Source: Chlorokybus atmophyticus (taxonomy: Eukaryota; Plantae; Mesostigma and Chlorokybus algae). Taken from it: DNA of 64,000 nucleotides. How positions within the stretch are numbered: position 1 is the first letter of the stretch; every line of letters begins with the position of its first letter. The translations under genes and the position numbers were made by a program. The stretch spans positions 288,537 to 352,536 of the forward strand of contig RHPI01003156.1 of NCBI GenBank assembly GCA_009103225.1, in the 5' to 3' direction. The notes below the pieces were generated by a model. That model did no database searches. It saw only the letters and a list, made by a program, of their open reading frames with translations, and was not told the DNA's origin. This document shows, in pieces, positions 52,251 to 64,000 of this stretch.

Positions 52251-53230
52251 TGCTGCAAACACATCCAGGCAAGGTTTTCCAAACCGAGACTGGATCCACG
52301 CAGTGGGTGTGTTTGCCAAAGCCCAATCCCCTTTGTCTGGCAGCTTCGAAAGCGCATCTTCAGCTACCAAGCGCGCACGTGGCTCTCACACCATGGAAAC
52401 GGCCGAGTCTCGTTCCCACAGAACTTGCCATAAGCGGTGTAATGCCAATTGCACAGCTAGATGCGATGCTGTCAGCTTCGTCAGCATGACCACGGCGGGC
52501 TGACAATCGCCAACAATCCTCACAGTGGCATGATGCAACGCTGGTTGCTGTCGTGTCAACTCCAAAAAGGCAGCTACATACGCCAATGCCTTCTTCACTG
52601 CGGAAGGCAGACCTTGTTGCCAAGGAGCACAGTTTCCCACCATAGCCGCTCATGGGCCTGTAGCACCCCAATCCATGGTACCAGAGGCATCAACACGCAA
52701 CTCATGTGCAAGTGGCGGCTAGCAGCACGCGAAACCATTATATTGCGGCAGGCTTCGATGCAACCACAGCAAGAAGTCCACCAACAACGGTGGTGGTAAA
52801 ATTCTCATCCCGATCCCGTGGTAAAATTCTCATCCCAATCACTCTGATCGGTGGTTAGCTGTAGCAGCCAGCGGGCATACAGGTATGCGGGGGCCAAAGC
52901 CAATTTCATTGCCACTATTTTTCCTGCCACCTTTGCCAACATGCGCTTGGTCATCACGTCCGAGTTTATCAAATTGCAAATCAGCTCCAGTAACTTCTGT
53001 AGCTTGCCAGGGGGTATGCAGAACACACCACGATCGGTGTTTAAGAGCAGGCCCAACAGCTTGACACACAATTGCAACCAAAGCACGCACTTTTTCAGGG
53101 TGATAAATATGCCCAGTAAAGTTAAAAAGCCGCAACAACCGCAGGATGCGCCAGCACATATGCCGGCGGACATGGCTAAGGTGCATGTCATCAGTGTATG
53201 ACAAGCCTATGCCCAGCTTGCGCAAGGGTG

Positions 53231-53286
53231 TGAAGATTGTGGACATTAACTCTGTATATTTACAGAGTTAATGTCCACAATCTTCA
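53231..53286. repeat. Perfect inverted repeat, 26-bp arms, 4-nt loop, inside the DIRS RT
   Basis: TGAAGATTGTGGACATTAACTCTGTA-tatt-TACAGAGTTAATGTCCACAATCTTCA. Confidence 0.95.
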
Positions 53287-53962
53287 AATAGCCAACAGGC
53301 TTGATTCAGGCCAAATGGCAGCACATTTCAGCGGTATACAACTCCTTCAGATTTCATTGCCAAGTAGGGCTTGCTGTCCGCATGTATTGGCACATGATGA
53401 TAGCCTGATTTCAAGTCCGCTGTCACTTGATAATAGCCTTTGCGTGTGTACAACAACTCATCCTCCAAATGCTGATAATTGAAGGGGATATGTGCCGGAA
53501 AGGCATTAATGTATCTCAGGTCCATGATGAGGCGGAGCTTGCCGCTATCATTCTCAACCACTCCAATTCCTGTAATCACCTTCACATCTAAAGAATGTAC
53601 AGCAGAAATTACACTGAGCGCATTAAATTATTCAACTCGTCAAGCATGAATGCTCGCCGTTGTGTAGCTAATTGCCTGTTGCGCAATCTACTTAAAGTTG
53701 GAGCTTCCCTTTGCATTACTGTCTCAACATAATCAGGAATGCAATCTTTCTGCAGCAACATCTGCTTCACCTCTTCCAACTTCTTTGGCTGGGTTTCTGA
53801 CGTGCCCCCCCAATCCAACTCGTATCTTTGGCTCAACCAGCGTAGCACATGACGCTTGTTATCTTGCCCAGTAATGGTCAACCACGTGCGCCACGCTGCT
53901 TGCCGCTGACAAGGTGTAGCAACTACAAAGTGAGCGCTATTAAGAGTTGCCGAACGCACAAC

Positions 53963-55417
53963 CACCGGTAGAAATGGGTTTCGGCAAATTAGGTTGGATC
54001 CGCATTAGGTTGCATCCGCACTTTGTAATGGACGAAGCCGGACATTATTTGCGGATTTCGCATATTTTATGACGGATCCGTAAATATGTTGTAGCTGCAG
54101 CCGGAATTTTATTGCGACCTGTCATAAACGGCAATCCGCCGGTGACGATCGTAAGTACCGGATCCCCAACAATGTTAAGGATTCCGTGTTTACGTAATCA
54201 AGGGTTCAGGCCGTGAGACAGACTTGTATAAGTCGCAATTACAGTTGTGACCAATTGAGATCGATCCTTTCATTGTTACAAACCATAATAATTTTACAAC
54301 CACATCATTGCTAAATTGCCGGTTCAACCCCGCGGCCTATTGATGGCTTGCCCCGCGGCCTGCTAGTAGCAGGCCGCGGGGCAAGCAAGTAGAAGGCTGC
54401 GACTTGCATGTATAATCATTGGTAAACCGTGGTAGCACATGAGGTAAACATGTAAAGACTTGACCAGAACTCCGCAACCAACCTTGCGCCAGCAGGTGAC
54501 GCAGGGCGCATAATGCAAACATTTGCCGGTAATCTCACACTGTGATTGGACAAAACGGCAACTCGAACAAAGTCTCCCACCCCAAGTCACCTTTATAGTG
54601 GTACAATCCACCTTCACCTTTATCTTTTTGATACCAGTGGTATATATATGTAAATACCGGTGTATGTATATGTATATATTGAGATATAGTTATATGTATG
54701 ACTATATATACATATGTGTATAAATATATATATATGTGTATGTATACATATATATATGTCTATATACATATACCGGTAGTGCCGTTGTATGCAGCTGTTG
54801 GTGCATGCGTGATGCATGCATTGCGGCACGTGAGACAATTTGAGGCTGCTAATATAGAATATATGCTTTACAAACGCGTTGCAGGGTGTCTCGTGTCGTC
54901 GTAGTCTAGCTGGTCCATTGCTAGGTAATATGACCTTGCTTACTAACCCAACAGATGCTGCCGCGCAGGTTTGAAACTCGGTGACGGAGAGACAAAAACC
55001 GGGGTGCTGTGTTGCTTACTAACCCAACAGATGCTGCTGCGCAGGTTCGAAACTCGGTGACGGAGAGACAAAAACCGGGGTGCTGTGTGGCTCCTTTGAT
55101 TTTTCGCCGCGAACTGCGGCCATAACATTTCTGGTTAGATCACGCATTAAGATTAATCTCCTGCATACATGATCCAACCAAAAATTAGTTTATGATGTGG
55201 CTATTATTAAGTTCAAGAAAAGACGGATACCGAACTTAATGCACACCAGCTAATTAACCTTAATAGCAGCTCGATACCAAACAAAGTTGTGGCTGCAGCC
55301 GCAAAGAGTGCAAAAATGGATATGTTGCTTGCATATGGATCCCTAATCAAGTTATAGCTGGATCTCCAATTAATTTGTGGGCAAGGCCGAATTGTTGGGG
55401 GGCCATTTCTACCAGTG
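53963..55417 (+). mobile_element. Non-autonomous CACTA-like DNA transposon, copy 2 (complete)
   Basis: TIRs CACCGGTAGAAATGG ... CCATTTCTACCAGTG with AAC 3-bp TSD. Contains an internal TA microsatellite, a 76-bp tandem duplication (54936-55087) and a 20-bp-arm palindrome (54346-54386). Confidence 0.92.
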
Positions 55418-56666
55418 AACGTGTTGCCACTGGTGCTCATCACACTCGGGATCCACATTGTCAATTTGCAGCATGTTAAGCTCACGCCAAAGTTCGCGCA
55501 TCAAGTGCTCTTGCTCTACATCTGAGCGCAACACCTCCAAATTGGCAGGTGGCGGCTCCGCCAGCTCCGCGGGTAGTAAAGCTAGCATCTACATGCGTTG
55601 CTGCAATGGTTGCTGTATCAAAGCATCTAGCAATTTAGGAACTTCAAGAATTGTGGCTAGAGGCACTTCCGCGGGCGCGGCATGCTTGTCGCAATAGTTG
55701 GGTTGCTCGCTTAAAGCCTTCGAGGCAACGCTCGACACTGTGGCGCTCAATGGGCGTTTGAGTACAGTAGCCGCCTTTACACATGGCGGGTTGTTGTCGT
55801 GCGCATTACATGGCCGCATGTCTATGGCAGAACGTTGCTTTGAAGCCTGCTGCAAGTCATGATTGATAGACAATAGCAGCACCGGGCTTAAAGGAGCTGG
55901 CATGGTCATTGCGTGTGCCACAAGCTCGTCATAATCTTGGCCATGGCAGGCATCAAGTATCCTACTAGCACAACACTGGCTTAGCACACTGTCATGTCAC
56001 AGTGCAATGTATTACACTTGGGTGATAGCGCATGCTAGTGCCCAGCGCAAAGTGTATGTCATCTACAGTAGGGTCACACGCGTGTACGCTTCTCAGCGTA
56101 CGCTATGATACAATATGTACATGCCTAATAACTTACACTATACAAAAATCCGCGCACGTACAAAGACTGCGCATGCTACTGCCCCGTGCTATTGCTTACT
56201 GCGGAGCTGGCAGGGCAGGATGTTCTTCTGTCTTCACCCATGGTGGAGGTGGACCTCCCCATGCTGCTGGTGGTGCTGACCATGGGCCATAAGGAGGGTA
56301 GTACGGGCCGGAAAGATACTGCTGGGCGCCACCGCCATGTTGTCCGCGTCCGCATCCACGCGACTGGCCACGGCCACGGTTGGGAGGCGCAGGCCACCAC
56401 CATGATGGACCTTCCTCAGCGTAGTGGGTGTCTTGTAGCCAAGGTGCACCCTTGCCTTCCCCTTGCTGACCCCCGCCAGCAGAGCGACCACGCTGCTGCC
56501 TGCACGCAGCACGGTATGTTGAGATGGCACACAACTTGGGTGCGCGGCAGGCGCATACACCGCACACACTGCTGACATGATGGCCTCAGCTGCAGGCTCA
56601 GCTCTTGCGGCCATTGACAGCTACTACTTGATTCACTATACACACAGTACGGCTGGCTGCTAGCAG

Positions 56667-57246
56667 CTGCACGCCAGCGCGCTACTCATAGCAACAAATG
56701 GCACGCATGCGGCACACGCATACACGTGCACGGCTGGTGCAGACCTCAAGACCACTGCAAGCACGCACCAGCTGCACACATGTTGGACAAAGACACGCAC
56801 GTAGCGGCACACACGCGGTGCACAAACAACGGTGACCCATGACGCAGCAGCTGCACACATGTGCTTGAAGCGGGCAGAAACGCAGTCGCAAACGCATTGG
56901 CAAACACACATGCAAGCGGATCGAAAACGCAGCTGCACACGCACACGTACTGAATCAACAGCGATGACGCACGACGCAGCAGCCGCGCACGCATGCTTAC
57001 AGCGGTCACAAATGCAGCTGCACACGCGCGCATGCCGGATCAACGGCGACATGATGCATGACGCAGCAGCTGCACGCACATGCTTGAAGTGGACAAACGC
57101 AGCTGCACACGCACGCATGCCGGATCAACGGTGACATGATGCATGACGCAGCAGCTGCACGCACATGCTTGAAGTGGACATATAGCAGCTGCACATGCAC
57201 GCATACGAACACGCATACGAACTCAGCTGCGCACACGCGCATGCAC
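56667..57246 (-). repeat. TG-rich degenerate tandem repeat block with intron-like GT...CAG borders
   Basis: Repeated gcagcagctgcac(a/g)cgcacatgcttgaag units. On the minus strand it is bounded by GAG|GTGCAT and GTGCAG|CTG. Confidence 0.6.
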
Positions 57247-58962
57247 CTCAGCCCACAGCTGCCAAGCGCGTTGGAACAGGCCCCATCATCTGCTAGGCCT
57301 TGAAGGTACTTCTTCCAACAAATTTAATGCTAGGCTAGCGTTGCCAGCAACAAAGTGAAGCACGTGTGAGCACACCTTTGCTGCTCGGGAGGGCGGTCTC
57401 GCATGCAGGCCTGAGCTTGCTCGATGTACAGGGCATCAAGTTGCGGAACGAGCTTGCGCTCATCGAACAGCTTGTCCACCTTAGCCGTGCCAAACAAGCT
57501 TGCGGCCGCATTGTTTTACATACCAGCATAGTGAGGACCACACGAGTGCTGCAGCAGCATCTGATACAGCTGAGCCAGTGTCCACGACAAGTCGGGGGTA
57601 ACCATGAATCAGAATACCCTGCATGTCATCCAGTAGGCGCTTCTCTTTGAAGCCCAACTTCTTGCCACGAGCCTGGTCCCAGAAGGCATACCGGCGCGAG
57701 TCGTGCGTGAACTTGAGGATGCGTCCATCCATGGCCATGATGACGTCACCAGCATCAAAAACCGGGGTGGCGTCCAACAGCGTCGGCGCCTCATCAGCGT
57801 CATCACCAATGTCCTTTGCTCAATGTAGGCGTGGAGTCTTAGGCAGATGTCCCTCAGCATCAGCGACAGAGTGAGTAGCACTGGGAGCAGCATCCGCAAC
57901 CCATGCGAGCGTGAACTCGACAGCCAGACGCATGCCCGAATCACCCTCGGGAGGATGCAACAGACTGACGCCCAAGACAGGCGAGCGTTCATGCATCATG
58001 GGCACGAGCACTGATTTTACCTTCACCTTCACCCATCCCGTGTCTCTGCCTGTCAAAAGCTCGCAAATGCGACCGCACAACCAGCTGGGATTGGAGTTCC
58101 TGTACAAGGAGAGCTTGTTCCGGAGTGTGAGGGACTCCACAAAGCGGACAGATGGTGGGGTGACAGGCTGCGCGTCTCTCTAGAGCTCGAGCGCGGCGTC
58201 GTCGGCGGTGCGGGGCCTGGCGTGGACAGCACCTCCCGTAGGCGCTGCCGAAATGCCTGCCGTTGGCGCTGTAGTTGGCGTTGCTGAATGCGCAGCAGGT
58301 TGTAGAGTGGCAACAGGTGCGGGCGGGCCTTGCTCTGGCATTGCTTGTGATGTAGCGCCCGTCTGAACTTTACCACCATCCCCCTCTTCCCCCATCCTCG
58401 TGTATGCAGTCTCATGCAGCACTCAGGCTATACAGCTAGCAGTATGAACACCACAACAAAGGCCTCAACAACAAACTCAGCGCCACCGCCGTCGATGCTG
58501 CTCAAGTAGAACAACAGCGACAACAACTACGGCGTGCAGGCTCACAGGGCCCGCGTAACTCGATTATGATTACATTAGTAGAGTGTGCAGGCTGAGGGGC
58601 GCGTTCGGCGCCCGCCTGCATCCTCTGCAGTGGCGGATTTACTGACGGCCGACGTCACTTGCAGTCAGCTAGTGATGTCGGCCGTCGAGTATCAGCCAAT
58701 ACGCGACCATGCAGGTTCATACACTAGGTTTTGAACACTCGCGCTCGTACGAATACAGTCTACCCCCGCTAAGAGACTTCGCTCCAAGAGAATAACTCCG
58801 CTTATAGCATAGAATGTGAGATTACCAATGGTTTTACAGGCCAATGTTGGTGTCTAAGAGAATATGACTAACCGCAAGAGCATTCATGAAAATCTTGCAA
58901 GTTTGAGTGTGCATATTCCCAACTTTGAGGGAGGAGACGTGACGGGTGTGGCATAAGGCGTA

Positions 58963-59166
58963 ATGCGCGTGACTAACTGTGTGCGCAAGCATGTGCTGCT
59001 CAATGCGCCCTTTAACAGGTTGTCAACGGTGCTCGAGCACTATGTAACGTGCAAGAGCAAGAGTTTGCATAACACAAGTGTATGTGTAATTGTGCCCAAG
59101 TATAGAGGACCATGGTTGTCCTATACAAAGGGTATGCAAGTGGTGCACGAGATTGACAAAATCTAG
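58963..59166 (+). pseudogene. N6-adenine methyltransferase-like segment upstream of, and in frame with, the chromovirus protease
   Basis: HVLLNAPFNRLSTVLEHY...VCVIVPKYRGPW. NAPF (59002-59013) and the downstream spacing parallel the DIRS MT motif in this window. Same reading frame as the protease ORF at 59269, with two intervening stops. Confidence 0.6.
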
Positions 59167-62100
59167 TTTGGCTTGGGATGCTCTGTGCGTGTCATGTATG
59201 ACCCGCCAGTTCTCCACCCGTGAAATCACTTTTATTTAACGTGGCTGTTCAAGGCGACAGTTGCACGTGTGCCAGCTACTCTAATGATTAATACTGGCAC
59301 ACAGGAGAACTTCATGAGTGAAGCTCTAGTACAAAGGTTGGGTATCCATGTGGACAAAGCCAGTGAAGTCGTAGCCACACTAGCTGAGCACAAGATCCCA
59401 GTACGGGGCTCTGTACATTGGGCTCTGTACAAGGCTATCACGCCCAACTCACGTTCCTCGTGGTACCAATATGAGTGCCAAGTTTTGATGTCGTCGTTGG
59501 TGCTCGTTGGGAGCGTGCTAATGGCCTGCACACAGACGCAGACACTGGCATGTGCAGTGTACGCAAAGGGAGAGGGCGTGTGACCCTTAGAGCAGAGGGA
59601 TGTCATGACACTTCCCCTGTCTCTTGTAATGCATCATGTGATGCATAACCGCTGTTGATAAGTGCCATGCAGATAAAGAGAGCGATGATGAAAGGTGCTG
59701 AACCTCTTTTGGTGCTGGTCAAGCCACTTGCTGATCGAAAGACTCCCACCTCAGCTGGTAAAACTGCTGGCAATGAGCAAGACACTGTAGTGAGTGCTCT
59801 GCTGCATAAGTAGTCTAATGTTTAAGGTTGAGCTGCTTGAGTTGCCACATGAGAGGGAAGTCTGGCATACTATCCCTCTCATAACGGGCGCACAACCTCC
59901 ATTTAGACCTATGTATAGGCTGAGTTTAGCTGAGCATGCGGACATTGATAAGCAAATCAAGGCAATTGATCACCAAGTAGCTCTCCCTTTGAAGCACCTA
60001 ATTTGGATCGTTCCTAAGAAGGACGGCAGGCTGCGCTTGTGCGTACACTACAGGGCTCTGAACAAGCTCATCAACTAGAATAAAACCCCTGCAAAGGATT
60101 CATAATTTGGTGGATTAGCTAAGCGGAGCCTCGATATTCTATTCGGTGGATTTGATTGGTAACTACCATCAGATACGGATTACCCCGAAACATGTGCCCA
60201 AGACAGCGGTTTGAACACTTGTAGGCCACTTCCTGTACAAAGTACTCTCATTTTACGCTAACGAATGCGCCAGCCACCTTTTAAGCTGCAATAAACTAGG
60301 TGTTCTATAAGCTGATTGAGAAGGCAATACTTGTGTACTTAGATGACATCATGGTTTTCAGTGAAGACCCTAAGTCTCATACTGTACATGTGCGTGAGAT
60401 GTTGAACACATTCTGTTCCAATAAATTGTTTGCGGACATGCTCAACTGTATTTGGGAAAAGAGCTCTTTGAGCTAGAAATCTTGGGGGCACATTGAGAGT
60501 GCAAAGAGCGTGTGCCCAAATTCCAAGAAAGTTGCAAAGGTCCAAGAGTGACCTGCTCCTAAGAATGTGCACGGGTTGCGTGCCTTCTTGGGTTTGAGCA
60601 ACCATTTTCGAGAGTACATTTGGGGTTACTCATTGTAAGTAGCACCCCTTTCCAATTTGTTGCGTGATGAAGTTGTGTGGAGGTGGGTGCAAGGGCAGGA
60701 GAAGGCCTTGAGTCCATCAAAAAGGCCTTGGTGACAGCACCGATGTTACAGCTGTCTGACTTCACCAAGCAAGCTTGAGGTTGTAAGCGATGCATCCCTT
60801 AATGGCACTGGCGCGTGCTGCTCCAAGAGGGACACCCTCTTGCATACTTGAGCAAAAAATTCTCTCCAACTTAGAGGAACTATACCACAACTGAACAAGA
60901 GTTGTTGCGGGTAGACCATGCGCAGCATGAGTGGCGCTGCTTTCTGGAGGGGGTGGGAGGTGGATTTGCGGTGGTAACAGACCACAACCCCCTTGTTTTC
61001 TTTCAGACCCAACCAACCCTGTCTCAGAGACAAGCACTGTGGGCTAAGTTTTTATTTCGATTTAACTTCACTTGGGTATACAAATCAGGGAGAGTGAACG
61101 TGGCAGTTCCCTTGAGTCGCTCGTCTCTGTTGTTGGCAGCAATAATACGATGGAGTGTGCACCCTAAGAAAAGGAGCACAACCCTAAGAATGGGAGCGAC
61201 AATTAGGTCTCAGATGCAAAGGCAATTTGATTCGCAACCAAGCGACCTTGTGCTGAGGAGTTGCCAATTGCAGGTGAATCAATTTGTATTGAGGAGCCAA
61301 TGGCAGTTGCTGATGCAAGTGGGGAGGACCCGCTCATTAGTGATGTGCAAGACATCGCTGCGCGTCTACCACAAGCTTATGCACTTGACAATTGATTTGT
61401 CGAACTGCTCAAGCAAAGAGACGACAAGATCACTTGTCACAAAGGTATGTGGTAACGTGAAGGCAAGTTGAATGTGCCGGATGCACTTGACCTTCGAGAA
61501 GAGTGCTTGTTCGAGGCACACAACGCAGTGTACATCGGTCACGGGAATGACCGAAACCATCAGGTTACCGCAGCGACAGTATTGGTGGCCTACTTTGGTT
61601 ACTGTTGCAATGGAGTATGTAGAGAGCTGTGACACTTGTCAGCATAACAAGGCCTCACACCGTAAGCAAGTAGGGATGTTGAAGCCACTAGCTATCCCAA
61701 GTTATCAGTGGGAAAGTGTAAGTATGGATCTGATTACAGATTTGCCTGAAACAACGAAAGGGCATGATGCCATCATTGTCTTTGTTAACCGTCTTACTAA
61801 GATGGTCCAGATTAAACCTTGTCGCACTAGCATCAGTGCGCAAGACTTTGCGTATGCTTTTACAAACACGGTGTTCAAGCTGTACAGGTACCCCAAGAGT
61901 TGGTATCCGACCGTGACCCCAAGTTTACCGGTCAACTCTGTCAAGCTGTGTGTCAGTAATTGGGGACCAAGCAGAGCTTGAGTACTGCTTACCATTCATA
62001 GAGTGATGGCAAAAGGAGCGTGCAAACCGCGTGCCGCAGGATGTGTTGCGACAATTCATTTCACCCAGGTTTTATGACTGCGATATGCATCTCGCCTTGG

Positions 62101-62720
62101 CTGAGTTTGTAGTAAACAATGCATGGCAAGAGTCATTGCGCAGCACACGTTCTTTTTAAACTGTGGCATTCTGTGACGCCTATGTCTGCGCAAGTTTAGC
62201 AAAGGGCCTACAGCTAAAGACTGTACAGAGCAGATGCACGCTGCATTGGCTAGTGCGAAAGACTGCCTAAAATCATCTCAGGATCGGCACAAAATGTATG
62301 CTGGTCGGCAGCGCTGGCCTGGGGAAGGTTTGACGGTTGGGGACAAGGTGTTGTCAAGCACCAAGAATGTAAGGCTTAAGACCAATGGTGTACGCAAGCT
62401 CCTGCCCAGGTGGCTTGAGCCGTTTATTGTCTTAGCATTTGTGGGAGCGCGGGCTTCTTAGCTTGGATTGCCAAAGAGCATGCGGGTCGACAATGTGTTT
62501 CATGAGGCGCTGCTCAAAACCAACTAGAGTGATGGCAAAGTACAGCCACCTCCACCGCCTGTTAGGGTAGAGGGCGACCTTGAGTATGAGGTCGAGGCCA
62601 CTGTTGGCAAACGCTTTAACAGTTCAGGAAGGGCTTTCACCATGAGTACTTGGTAAAATGGATGGGTTATGGTGAAGAGCATAACCTCTGAAAGCCAAAT
62701 TCTAATTTAACAAATTGTAC
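58963..62720 (+). mobile_element. Decayed Ty3/gypsy chromovirus (MTase-like segment, PR, RT, RH, IN, chromodomain)
   Basis: PR LMINTGTQENFMSE, RT QPPFRPMYRLS...KKDGRLRLCVHYRALNK...YLDDIMVFS, RH YTTTEQELL...TDHNPL, IN YWWP...CDTCQ...WESVSMDLIT, chromodomain EYEVEA...YLVKWMGYGEEHN. Confidence 0.9.
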
Positions 62721-62992
62721 TGCTAAGTTCGAAGAGTTTGAGAGTCAGCTGAAATCCACAGGTGCTATTTGAAAGCCCTTGTGCTCAATTGCAATATGCA
62801 ACATTCTCTTTTGTAACATGCGCGCACTGTTACTTGGTTTTGTTTGGTTGCCACTCCCATGACTTGCACTTGTTTTACGCATTGTGTGCGGTGGTTCAAA
62901 AGGGTTGGCCACCCTTGCTGGCAATTATCATGCGGGGCTTGTGCTCACTTAATTAATTTGCAACACGCAAGTTGCAACGCAAGTGGGAGGAA

Positions 62993-63550
62993 TGCCACGT
63001 CTAAAGGACTGGCTTATGTCATTCTCAGTTCCTAACTTTTGTGGTAAGTAAGAAGAACTAAGTGAGGATTCCGTATAGTCATCGTGTGTGTAGCACTTGC
63101 CATATGTGCTCATGAAGTCAGTGTTTATGTACTTGGTGCATAAGGACATAACAGCTACACATGACACTGTCTATCCTGTAAGTACAGAATTGGTCAGTGT
63201 CATGGCAGCAAGAGTGCTTCTTATGTTGATGTGTCTGAGAGTGGACAAAGTTAGCCTGTGTTGACAGGTCAGCGCATAGATGGCGAGATCTCATTAGCCT
63301 TGGACATCCTATGTGCCAGGTCGGAGAGCAGTAGGTAGTATCAAGGCGTGACTACCACCTTGAAGTGGCAATCAGTTGCTGGCCTTGCAGAGCTACTTGT
63401 GTGTGGGGTGCATGGGAGAAGCAGTTGAAGGGTGCTCTCCCAAGTAACTCCTTGTGGGGTGTTGCTTGTTGCAAGGTGTGCTGTAAGTTAAGCTGATTGT
63501 ACAAAAGTTTTTGACGCTCTCAGCAGGTACGTTGAGAGGTCAACGTAACA
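62993..63550 (-). mobile_element. LTR (558 bp), no TSD
   Basis: TG...CA termini (TGTTACG...CGTGGCA on the minus strand). Its end matches 35309-35370. Flanks differ (AGGAA vs CCGCC). Confidence 0.75.
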
Positions 63551-63992
63551 CCGCCCGACTATTTGGTCGCAACTTGCAGAGCTTGTTGTGAGCCTAAGTA
63601 GCCGGATCCATGCCACCATAGCGCTCTACAAGGAACTACAATAGTGCCTCCACTGTCTTGGCCGCACCATCCTCTGTCTGCGTCGCCCCCTCGGCGAGAG
63701 TGTTGGATGGCATGAGCAACTCAGCGATAGCAATGTGCTCACCAACTGGGCGCTTCAGTGCCGTCAAGTAGTGCTCAACAGTGACCACCCAGTTATGGAT
63801 GCTGACACTGCCATTGGGCTTAAACTTCTCAAGGTTAATCAATGCTGTAACCGGTAGCCCCGCTGATGCACCAGCTGCTGACGTAGCACCCGCCAACTGT
63901 TGGCGCAGCACCATCAACTTAAACTGCAATGCATCGAGGCGTGCCGCCAACTTCACTCGGCCAGTCAACTTGTCTTTTGAGTCCGGTCCCAA
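63551..63992 (-). pseudogene. Ty3/gypsy gag fragment, interrupted by the LTR
   Basis: EKFKPNGSVSIHNWVVTVEHYL...ERYGGMDPAT*AHNKLCKLR, resembling a retrotransposon gag; probably continues beyond the window. Confidence 0.6.
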
Positions 63993-64000
63993 GTATATGA

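Larger units (their letters stand above)
51931..58425 (-). mobile_element. Decayed DIRS-type retrotransposon (gag-like ORF, RT, RNase H, MT domain)
   Basis: RT KLRLIMDLRYIN...ADLKSGYHHVPIH...LSYTDD...LLGLLLNT...IPPGKLQK, RNase H VRIVGDCQPAVV, then an MT domain. The upstream same-strand degenerate ORF (58425-56190) is assigned as gag by position only. No tyrosine recombinase seen. Confidence 0.8.

Noticed and set aside
56667-57246. Repeat block as a CRISPR array
   Set aside because: Degenerate low-complexity units without unique spacers, in a eukaryotic context with no cas genes.

Overview
Eukaryotic nuclear DNA from the green lineage (green alga or early-diverging streptophyte; the species cannot be fixed from sequence alone). 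The first ~20 kb is a compact island of spliced genes with TG/CA-rich introns: nitrate reductase (4 exons) and ferredoxin-nitrite reductase (7 exons) in tandem, then a ~19-exon FAM184-like coiled-coil gene (-) placed head-to-head with a plastid-type GNAT acetyltransferase (+). The remaining ~44 kb is nested, mostly decayed transposons: a Ty1/copia, several Ty3/gypsy elements (two with chromodomains), a DIRS-type element, solo LTRs with 5-bp TSDs and CACTA-like non-autonomous elements with 3-bp TSDs. One apparently intact small acidic gene with a CHZ (H2A.Z chaperone)-like motif sits among them. Main highlight: three retroelements each carry a DNA-methyltransferase-like domain. These are a C5-cytosine MTase between protease and RT in a gypsy, the known NPPF-type MT domain in the DIRS element, and an NAPF adenine-MTase-like segment in frame with the protease of a chromovirus. 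No rRNA, tRNA or CRISPR array was recognised. All exon calls and motif matches were made by eye; no database search was run.
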